Assembly: GCF_018977255.1 (NCBI RefSeq)
Contig: NW_024704743.1
Span: 24,740,001-24,804,000, forward strand
Source of the DNA: Callorhinchus milii
Lineage: Eukaryota
Direction: 5' to 3'
Length of the DNA: 64,000 bases
The position numbers were made by a program, and so were the translations under genes. Positions within the stretch are counted from its first letter, which is position 1, and every line of letters begins with the position of its first letter. This document shows, in pieces, positions 57,201 through 64,000 of the stretch. The notes below the pieces were generated by a model. That model was not told the origin of the DNA. It was given only the letters and a program-made list of their open reading frames with translations, and ran no database searches.

Positions 57201-60024
57201 TCTCTGCCCCATCCCACCTTCCCTTCGCTTTGCTCCCTCCCTTTCCTCCTTCCAAGGCACAACTCAAAAACCTCTTTATCAACCGTGCCTTCGGCCGCCC
57301 TCCTACCCTCTCTGCCCTCCATCCTCCCTGATCCCAAACTCCCCCACCCCCCCACCTCCGCTGGGGTCCAAATCCCTGACTCCTGACTGTTTAGTGTCTT
57401 GGGACATCCTCCCGATGTGAAAGGTGCTTTACAAACATAATTTTGCATTTCATATTGTATTGTAGAGCTTCTCAATACTAATTCCGTCCAAAATACAAGG
57501 ATCGTAATGTTAGCACACACCTGGTGTCCGTGAACTTGAATTGGACTTGAAAATAATACAATACAATATTACATTACATAACGTTGGGAGGACATCCCAA
57601 GGCACTGAGATACTACAGATTATTGCATATATATCATCTGCCAAACATTAACAATAATAGAATATGGTTATCGAATGGTTATTGAAAAGTGTACCTGTGA
57701 GCCTGGATATCCTTTACTACCTTTAACTCCTTTATCATAATTATTTATTCCAGGAGCACCCTGAAATATAAAGACACCCACATTAGACACAAAACCCTCT
57801 TAGGTATAGAACTATGAACTCTCTTAACTATATCTTTTGTTTGTGCATTGGAAAACTACTGTAATTTCACAAAAACAATATCTATTTTCTATCTCACAAA
57901 TTTATTTCTAAAATACAAAATAATGATTCTTTTTAACTCTGCCAGACAATTTGACTGCAAGGAAAAATCACGGCCAAGTTCAATCCTGTTCGCTTCCAGT
58001 GTCCAAACATATACTTTCAATAGCGGTCAATAGTGATAGAGATCAGGAGCAGCAATCCTAGATAACTCTTCCTCTCCCTAGCCTTTAGAAGTTGAGATTA
58101 ATTGTGCTTCTACTGTCAATTTAGCTGAGATCAGCAAAGATCAGAATTACTTAGTTATTCATCTTGATAAAAACAACAACACATTATTTTGTTACAGCGC
58201 CTTTCATGTTGGGAGGATGTCCCAAGTCAGGGATTTGGACCCAAACAGGAGGTTGTGATTAGGAAGCGTGGAGAGCAGGGAGGATAGGAGTAGGAGGGTT
58301 ATTGAAGGCGTTCCAAAGCGTAGGGTCAGAGAGGCTGAAAGCCCAACCACTGATGGTAGAGCGGGCCGGGCAGGGGACGTGGAACAGGCAGAGGGAGCGG
58401 ACAGGTTGATATGGGGTTAGCAGGTAACAGAGGAGCAAGGTGGTAGAGGGCTTTGAAGGCAAGGACAAGGATTTTGAACTCTATCCTCTGGGGGATGGGA
58501 AGGGTGGGGTGAGAGAGTCATGGAGCCTGGTGTGGGAGAGGACACACGCTACATTGTTCTGGATGATCTGCAGCTTGTGGAGGGAAGTTGGCATAGTCGA
58601 GCCTAGGTATAATAGATAGGTGGATGAGGGTTTCAGCGGCCTGAGGGGTGAGGCAGTGGCAGAGCTGGGTGATGTTGCAGAGGTGAGGGAAGGAAGAGAG
58701 GGTCATGGCACGGATGTGGGGTAGAAAAGACAGTTGAGGATCAAACAAGCCACCTAGGTACCGGACTGGCTTAATGAGGTGAAGTGTGCATCCTTGGATG
58801 GTGATGCTGCCAGTGCCTGAGGTGTAGAGGCGCTGAAGGGAGCCATTCAGGAGGGCCTCGGTCTTGTTGACGTTCAACTGGAGATTATAAATAATAAATG
58901 ATATTTGTAGTTTTTGCTTTACTTTGTTTTTCACTTACAGGGTCTCCACTTAAACCATAGCCTCCACGGTCACCTCTGAATCCACTTGAGCCTTTCAACC
59001 CCTGAGAAGTTAATATGACATATTTATTCAAAATGATGCTTATTTGCCATGTTAAATTTTTCTCTCCCTTCCTCCAACTAATAACGTATTTAAAAATTAA
59101 TGAATTACCAAACATGTATGTTCTTGTATATTGTTTTGTCCATTTTGTTGCTCATTTAATGTTAGAAAATTAATAAAGGTATTCACTTACCACTGATTAA
59201 GCATCATCTAAAAATGTATATTAGCACAAAGACCCACAGGCACTGAAAGGAAAATGATCATACAACATCACAGCAAATTGGTAAAACTGAATAAAATACT
59301 TTTCAAATGGAAAAGTGGGGATGTTTTCAGATTGAGTTTATGAAACATCAAAAATGGGGAACAGAAAACTAGAGAGAAGAAAGGATCTTAAATTATATCT
59401 ATGATGGACCTACACGTGTTCAGTGCGGAGAAAGAACAGCAAACTGCTGCCTGTGTTGTTCCACTGCATGAGTTTTACACGCATGTGATCCTTTAAAGTA
59501 GGACTGGAAGACTCTTCAGAGCAAGCTAGACAACTTTAAAGACAGTTTACAAACGAGCAAAGTTTGAGACTAAAAAAAGTTAGCAGAGAAATTAAACACT
59601 CCGTAAGGGATTGCAACTACACAAGAACAATCCTAAATCTTTTATTCCACTGGCTGAGGTCTCTTGTCAATCATGGCAGTCATGAGAGGAGTCCTTCTGG
59701 GCTGATGTCAGTGTTGGACAAGTCTGATGCTCTTCATAATTAGGTTAACAGGGTGTAACCCTCTAAAGAGAGAGTGTACACAGTGTTCCAGGCCCAGGGA
59801 ATATCCATGAATAAGTAGCAAGCATATATGCAACTCTCATTCTGAATAGGCTTACACATCGAGATGGGTTTCCACATGTGACAAAACATCCAGCCGAAAA
59901 GTTTTACACGTACATGTATATTCTCTACATTTTAAACAGAGTTTCAATTATTTTCTATCTAAAATGTTACCGGATTTCCAGGGTCTCCTTTAACCCCTCG
60001 GGCACCAGGAAGTCCAGGATTCCC
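30065..60024 (-). CDS. COL6A4/COL6A6-like: Gene A (multi-exon, 5'-partial): collagen VI long chain, alpha-4/alpha-6(VI)-like; triple helix + VWA C1 + VWA C2 + acidic linker + Kunitz domain
   Basis: 23 exons with GT..AG boundaries and compatible phases sum to 2580 nt, open to TAG at 30065-30067. The helix exons and the motifs [28 protein letters not shown] and GINAYPP match alpha-4/5/6(VI) chains as I recall them. A C-terminal Kunitz domain favours the alpha-4 type; exact orthology needs a phylogeny. Confidence 0.93.
30566..31920 (-). mobile_element. L2 LINE fragment with frameshifted RT domain
   Basis: [46 protein letters not shown] motifs over three frames. Confidence 0.93.
31980..32410 (-). 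mobile_element. L2 LINE 3' fragment
   Basis: Tail GGGATGTTCTCCCGACATGAAAAGCGCTATAC; body homologous to 23178-23710. Confidence 0.85.
32855..33304 (-). mobile_element. tRNA-derived SINE, long subfamily, with two tandem tails
   Basis: Old-type tail 32855-32924, then young-type tail and body to the head at 33304. Confidence 0.88.
33359..33397 (-). CDS. Gene A small linker exon (39 nt) (G)[12 protein letters not shown]
   Basis: cactttcag|GC GAA...GAA G|gtaatt; phase 1-1. Confidence 0.78.
33513..33679 (-). CDS. Gene A acidic linker exon (167 nt) GTEEEGRE(FEEE/FEEEK-type repeats)[14 protein letters not shown]
   Basis: catccatag|G GGA ACT...TAC G|gtaggt; phase 2-1 bridges the flanking exons exactly. 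Confidence 0.82.
33799..33904 (-). CDS. Gene A post-C2 exon (106 nt) (L)[34 protein letters not shown](R)
   Basis: ttgtatag|TT GGG...AAA AG|gtatgt; phase 1-2; conserved IN.YPP..L...C motif. Confidence 0.9.
34612..35286 (-). CDS. Gene A VWA C2 exon (675 nt)
   Basis: cttttgcag|AT ATG TGT...ACA C|gtaagt; [10 protein letters not shown]...RVALVQH...GHAIEWTL...DHHLIRLGR; phase 1-1. Confidence 0.95.
36140..37087 (-). mobile_element. SINE interrupted by an L2 fragment (~36362-36920)
   Basis: SINE body stops at CTAACAAC (~36363) and resumes at CTAACAAC (~36921) either side of an L2 3' end. Confidence 0.85.
37185..37284 (-). CDS. Gene A end-of-C1 exon (100 nt) [33 protein letters not shown]
   Basis: ttcctgtgaag|GTC...ACA G|gtatgg; phase 0-1; DDT.TFQV and CTFC motifs. 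Confidence 0.9.
37776..38269 (-). CDS. Gene A VWA C1 exon (494 nt)
   Basis: gtgtcag|GA AGA AAC GAG TGT...TTT GAG|gtaagt; [16 protein letters not shown]...RVAVLTYS...AMRFVARN; phase 1-0. Confidence 0.95.
38391..38405 (-). CDS. Gene A 15-nt micro-exon (P)CCSS(G)
   Basis: ttctttgcag|CCTGTTGTTCATCAG|gtaagt; completes the CPCC motif; phase 1-1. Confidence 0.85.
39461..39497 (-). CDS. Gene A post-helix exon (37 nt) [12 protein letters not shown](P)
   Basis: ctgttccag|TCA...TGC C|gtaagt; conserved collagen VI CEL..YVRD.C motif; phase 0-1. Confidence 0.92.
39597..39632 (-). CDS. Gene A last helix exon (36 nt) [12 protein letters not shown]
   Basis: ttattccag|GGC...AAA|gtatgt. Confidence 0.9.
39965..40835 (+). 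mobile_element. L2 LINE 3' fragment, young copy
   Basis: 231-aa open ORF2 C-terminus (KTEALLIGS...[10 protein letters not shown]...LHWLP...GGRAFS...LWNSIP) with an intact tail. Confidence 0.94.
41565..41627 (-). CDS. Gene A collagen helix exon (63 nt) [21 protein letters not shown]
   Basis: cattttag|GGT...AGG|gtatgt; Gly-X-Y. Confidence 0.92.
42925..42987 (-). CDS. Gene A collagen helix exon (63 nt) [21 protein letters not shown]
   Basis: cctttag|GGA...AGG|gtaaaa; Gly-X-Y. Confidence 0.92.
43110..43145 (-). CDS. Gene A collagen helix exon (36 nt) [12 protein letters not shown]
   Basis: gattcag|GGA...CAG|gtactg; Gly-X-Y. Confidence 0.9.
43740..44620 (+). mobile_element. CR1 LINE 3' fragment (decayed)
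   Basis: [31 protein letters not shown]...[13 protein letters not shown]...[11 protein letters not shown]. Confidence 0.9.
44846..44896 (-). CDS. Gene A collagen helix exon (51 nt) [17 protein letters not shown]
   Basis: accacag|GGG...AAG|gtaaca; 51-nt exon with the second helix interruption. Confidence 0.9.
45565..45627 (-). CDS. Gene A collagen helix exon (63 nt) [21 protein letters not shown]
   Basis: gtgacag|GGT...ATG|gttagt; Gly-X-Y. Confidence 0.92.
45820..46275 (+). mobile_element. Two L2 fragments
   Basis: IQNSAA/LHW.P/FKIL homology occurs twice. Confidence 0.8.
46652..46714 (-). CDS. Gene A collagen helix exon (63 nt) [21 protein letters not shown]
   Basis: atgttgcag|GGT...AAG|gtcagt; Gly-X-Y with one Gly->Ala. 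Confidence 0.92.
48215..49010 (-). mobile_element. L2 LINE fragment
   Basis: [17 protein letters not shown]...[15 protein letters not shown]...LWNSLPQ...LKTFLF. Confidence 0.9.
49190..49735 (+). mobile_element. Helitron Rep/helicase relic
   Basis: [21 protein letters not shown]...[11 protein letters not shown]...PPKT and [30 protein letters not shown]....TYR.AC motifs; stop codon and frameshifts. Confidence 0.88.
49771..49833 (-). CDS. Gene A collagen helix exon (63 nt) [21 protein letters not shown]
   Basis: aattttag|GGA...CAG|gtttgt; Gly-X-Y. Confidence 0.92.
50004..50066 (-). CDS. Gene A collagen helix exon (63 nt) [21 protein letters not shown]
   Basis: tttgtctag|GGA...CAG|gtgatt; Gly-X-Y. 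Confidence 0.92.
51010..51309 (+). mobile_element. tRNA-derived SINE (short subfamily)
   Basis: Full head and (ATT)n tail. Confidence 0.9.
51743..52210 (-). mobile_element. L2 LINE 3' fragment
   Basis: [17 protein letters not shown]; same subfamily as 30566-31920. Confidence 0.88.
52790..54065 (+). mobile_element. L2 LINE fragments (mid-ORF2 piece plus two 3' ends)
   Basis: [12 protein letters not shown]...K..FYS......NNPKTLF.TV..LL ORF2 motif; two tail copies. Confidence 0.8.
54890..54925 (-). CDS. Gene A collagen helix exon (36 nt) [12 protein letters not shown]
   Basis: ccttttcaag|GGG...GTG|gtgagt; Gly-X-Y. Confidence 0.88.
55122..55175 (-). CDS. Gene A collagen helix exon (54 nt) [18 protein letters not shown]
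   Basis: ctttcacag|GGT...GAT|gtaaga; Gly-X-Y. Confidence 0.92.
55580..55897 (+). mobile_element. tRNA-derived SINE, long subfamily, 5'-truncated
   Basis: B box GGTTCGATTC through to the tail. Confidence 0.8.
56975..57450 (+). mobile_element. L2 LINE 3' fragment
   Basis: [11 protein letters not shown] homology and tail. Confidence 0.85.
57695..57760 (-). CDS. Gene A collagen helix exon (66 nt) [22 protein letters not shown]
   Basis: atttcag|GGT...CAG|gtacac; carries a helix interruption (GINNYDKG) of the kind found in collagen VI long chains. Confidence 0.9.
58170..58884 (-). mobile_element. L2 LINE fragment next to a helix exon
   Basis: [12 protein letters not shown]...FDPQLSF...RLDYAN; tail near 58190. 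Confidence 0.88.
58939..59001 (-). CDS. Gene A collagen helix exon (63 nt) [21 protein letters not shown]
   Basis: ttctcag|GGG...CCT|gtaagt; Gly-X-Y; contains RGD. Confidence 0.93.
59971..60024 (-). CDS. Gene A collagen helix exon (54 nt) [18 protein letters not shown]
   Basis: ttttcacag|GGG...CCG|gtaaca; phase 0-0; perfect Gly-X-Y. Confidence 0.92.
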
Positions 60025-60309
60025 CTGTGAAAACATGATTTGTAAATAGCGTTTATTTCATAACATGTAGGAGCAGGAGTAGGCCATTTGGCCCTTCGAG
60101 CCTGCCCCGCCGTTCAATCAAGGCTGATCTTCTAATCTAACTCCAGCTAATAACATAACCCTGCCTTATCGCCATATCCCTCAATCTAAAACATACAATA
60201 GCATGATAAATATTATCATGTGGAAACGAAGTAACAAGAAGAAAAAAGTATGGCAATTAGCCACATGAAACAGCTGTGGACCACTAACACAAATCTGTTA
60301 AATCTGTTA

Positions 60310-60925
60310 TATCTTGACTCGACTTTGCCAACTCCCTGCTTTTTGGCCTTTTCAACTCTTTCCTCCACAAGCTGCAGATCACACAGATCTAATAAAGTCT
60401 GTGTCCTCTCCTGCACCAGGCTCTGTGACTCTATTAACCCCACCTTCACCCAGCTCCACTGGCTCCCCATCGCCCAGAGGATAGAGTTCAAAATCCTCAT
60501 CGTTGCCTTCAAAGCCCTCCACAGCCTTGCTCCATCCTACCTCTGCGACCTGCCCTGCCCACCACACCATCGGCGGTCAGACCTTCAGCCTTTCTGCCCC
60601 CAACCTTTGGAACTCCATCCCACAGTCCTTTCACCTTGCTCTCTCCATTGCCTCCATCCAGGCACATCCCATGACCCTCTTCTTTGACCGTGCATTTAGC
60701 CACTCTCCTAACCCTACCCTCCCTGCCCTCCACCCCTCCTAATCCTAACCTCTTGCTTGGGTCCAAATACCTGTTTGTCCATCTACATTTTATGCCATCT
60801 ACAGTGAGAGGACATCCCAAGTCTTCCCTCCACAAGCTGCAGATCATCCAGAACTCTGCTCTTGTATCCTCACTTGGAACATCCTTCCAACGTGAAAGGT
60901 GCTATACAAATGTAATTTGCTGTTT
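60310..60925 (+). mobile_element. L2 LINE fragment
   Basis: [23 protein letters not shown]...LWNSIP. Confidence 0.85.
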
Positions 60926-61644
60926 TTGAGTAATTTTACTTGCTGTACAGTAGAACACCATTTACTGAAGAACTCCACAACTACGCACCCCAACTATCCA
61001 CACATCCATTTATCTCCATTAGACTCTGATGTGGAACGTATTGCAGGGCTACAATATTGCAAAATCCATGCTAGGATTTATCCGCACAGCTCAATTGCAA
61101 GTTGACAGTGTAAAAGTAGGTGTTAATTTAGTATTTGTCAATTTACGGGTTTAACGTTAGAAATATGGAGAGTCAGAGAAAGTGAAAAAGACAGTTATAG
61201 CAGAATGATAAAGGGAATGTCATAGAAAAAGATAGAGGGCTAGAAAGTTAGGGACACTCCAGTTAGGAAGTTAAGAGAACTCCAGAAAAATAATATTTTG
61301 GTTAGGACAGAAATAATTTGTATTTTAAATGATGCTTAATTGTTTGCACAATTTCGTAATCATGCCCTAGCTTGACTAATAGTTGCTCATTACTCATTCG
61401 TGGAACACAAGGGATCAAATTGTTGTTTTTTCTCTGCACTGAACTTAGAGCCTGGGCCATCTCCTTATATCAGAACTGAATTAGTTAGCATTGAAGCCAA
61501 TTTGCATTTTGTGAAATGGCCCATTATCCATACTGTTTATATATCCACAATGGGATTGGTCTGAAATAGTACGGAAAATAAGTTCCCTACTGTATTTCCA
61601 AAATTATGTTAGAAAGACAAAATAAGCTACTTTTTAAAAAATAC

Positions 61645-64000
61645 AACACAAAGTTACATTTGGATAGCGTCCTTCACATCGGGCACTGGACAGTCAGGGA
61701 TTTGAAGCCGCGTGGGTGGGGTTTGGGATCAGGGAGGGCTGACGGCAGGGAGGGTAGCCGAGGGTGCGGTTGAAGAGGAAGGTCTTGAGCCGTTCCTTGA
61801 AGGAGGCAAGGAAGTGTGAGGTGAAGGGAATGTGGGATGGAGTTCCAAAGGTTAGGGGCAGAGAGGCTGAAGGTGGGGCCACCGATGGTGGGGCATTCTC
61901 TGGATAGGAAGCCAGTGGAGCTGGGCGAAGGTTGGGGTGATGGGGTCACGGAGCCTGGTGCGGACATGGACACAAGCTGCAGAGTTCTGGAGGATCTGCA
62001 GCTTGTGGAGGGAAATGTTACGTGCTCAACAAACAATGTGTAGAACACGCTTATTTCAGCTCACCAGTTACAAAATCAAAAGTCCAACCAAAATTCCTCT
62101 ATTCAGTTCTCCCTTCTTTGCTGCTTTTCTACCTCCTGATCACCTTCCATTGGTCCTAGTCAATTGGTACTTATTGTCTTAATGAGTATCCAACATCTTC
62201 CCCTTTTTGGTCTCTTCTGTTTTTAATTTGTGTCTCAGTCTTGTTCAATTAATCTCCTTGTTGGTTTTACTACTCTGCCTGATCTGGTGGTTATTGATGT
62301 TTCTGGCATCCTCGGATCTTCCTTCTGCTCTTCGTTTTCTTCCTCGGTCCTTCTTTGGCCAATTTCCCGTGATGTCCTGTATATTTTTCCTTTATCACTT
62401 TTAAGCCAATATGATATTGGGTTTTTAGCCTTCTTTCAAATTTCCCCTTTTGTCCAACCTTCTGTATTTCAGTTTTTCTTGCTGAACCATATTCTCTCTC
62501 CTCTTTAAATGGTTTCTCCTTTCCTGGTTGTGTTTTCCTTCCATTTCTATTGTGTTGTACCTGTGGTCTCAATATTTTCTCTTCCGAGATTAACAAATCT
62601 CTTAACCTTTTTGACATCAGTATTTGTGTTGGTGAGTGTTTCTCATTGTCTTTCGACATGTCTCTATAGGTCACAATTGCCAGGTGCTTATCTGCCTTTG
62701 CATTTTCTGACTTCTTTCACATTTTCTTGACAGCCGGTGTTTCTTGTTCCAACAGACCATTGCTTTGGGATATCCTGGTGAAGTTGTTTTGTCATTTTCC
62801 ACTGCCTTGTGAATGTCTTGTGTTCCTTGCTTGAAAATTGGAGTCCGTTGTCACTAATTATCTCCTTTGGCATTCTATGTCGGGCAAAGATTTCCTTGTT
62901 TTTTCCACTATAGTTTCAGATGTTCTGTCATTCAACTCTTTCATCAATCCCCTTTTCCCCCAAACTGGTTGATTTTTTCCAGTATTTCATCCATCTCCAT
63001 TTGTTTGTAGTCTTCTGTTTCCACACTCCAAATTTTTTTGAGCAATCCCATTTCAATGATATCTTGCAGTCCGAGCAGAGTATCAGCTTTTAATTTTACA
63101 ATGTGAAACTTTATCTTATATGCTTTATCTTTGTACTATCTCTCCTTTGTTATAGGCCAATAGTCTGCTGCTGCCTTTTTCTAATTTGTCTTTATTGGGT
63201 TCTCCCAGCTGGGTATACTCTTCTAATGACATTACACTGGTCTGAGCTCTTGTATCCACTTTGCACCTTAACTATTTTCTTTCTTCCGTGCACCATAGCG
63301 ATATCATCCACTCCTTTTTCTGTATGCACTCTCTTAGTAATTTTTATTGCATCAATATTATATATCAATTCGTCCTTATTGTCTTAATAAGTATCCAACA
63401 GGAAGAGTTGGTGTAGTCGAGCCAAGATTCGATCAATGCGTGGATGAGGCCTGAGTGGGGAGGCAGTGGCGGAGCCGGGCGATGTTCCGGAGGTAAGGAA
63501 AAACAGAGCGGGTCATGGCATGGATGTGGAGTAGAAAGGGCAGTTGAGGATCAAACAAGATGCAATGGATCCCGACTGGCTCAGTGAGGTGGGGTGTGCA
63601 TCCATGGATGATGATCCTGTCAGCACTTGAGGTGAGGAGGCACTGACGGGAGCCAATCAGGAGAGCCTCGGTCTTGTTGACGTTCAACTGTAGAAAGTTT
63701 GCTCTCATCCAGGACTTGATATCTGACAGACATTCTGTCAGGACAACAGTGGTCCTGCAGTCAAGGGTGGAGGCAAGGTGTCATCCGCATGCATGTAAAA
63801 GTTGAACCCTTGTCTGGGGATAATGTCACCAAGAGGGAGCATGTACAAGTTGAAGAGGAGGGGACCACGGACAGAGCCCTGAAAAACGCCACACGAAATG
63901 GTGTGGTTGCTGGAGGAGAAGCCATTGGTCGAGACGGTGTGAGAGGTAAGATCTGAACCACTTAAGGACAGAACTGTGAAGGTTGAGGTGAGAGGAGAGG
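61645..64000 (-). mobile_element. L2 LINE fragment (61645-62015 and 63401-64000) split by an LTR element
   Basis: [19 protein letters not shown]2 sequence resumes colinearly across the insertion. Confidence 0.85.
62016..63400 (-). mobile_element. Internally deleted Gypsy-like LTR retrotransposon
   Basis: 3' LTR 62195->62016 (TGTT...AACA) preceded by PPT AAAAAGGGGAAGA; its first ~36 nt recur at 63400->63365; integrase relic IFARH..PKEIISDNG.QFSSKE...SPTQILMSKRLR; flanks GGAAA/GGAAG. Confidence 0.85.

Overview
Vertebrate genomic DNA, not prokaryotic. The repeat content (tRNA-derived SINEs with L2-type tails, many L2 and CR1 LINE fragments, DeuSINE-like relics) suggests a cartilaginous fish, possibly a chimaera; the species assignment is inference. 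The window holds parts of two tandem, head-to-tail, minus-strand genes for long collagen VI chains of the alpha-4/5/6 type. Gene A (60024->30065, 5' end outside the window) has 23 exons that I traced by GT/AG sites and phase. They encode 14 Gly-X-Y helix exons, a CPCC hinge with a 15-nt micro-exon, VWA C1 and C2, a Glu/Phe-repeat acidic linker and a complete 6-Cys Kunitz domain, in an unbroken frame of 2580 nt (859 aa plus stop). Gene B starts about 13 kb downstream with a signal-peptide exon (ATG 16726) followed by seven VWA exons down to 1338. Gene B has three oddities. Its 7th VWA resembles a second copy of its 1st VWA rather than the expected pre-helix N1 domain. Its 1st VWA exon is 1 nt out of phase. 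A candidate hydrophobic, GPI-signal-like terminal exon lies at 55-128. Introns and the intergenic region are dense with SINE, L2 and CR1 copies, nested insertions, a Helitron relic, a Ginger2/KRBA2-like integrase-transposon relic, an internally deleted Gypsy LTR element and several local duplications or inverted repeats. Most ORFs in the supplied track are repeat-derived or antisense artefacts. Repeat boundaries are approximate; exon boundaries were read base by base.
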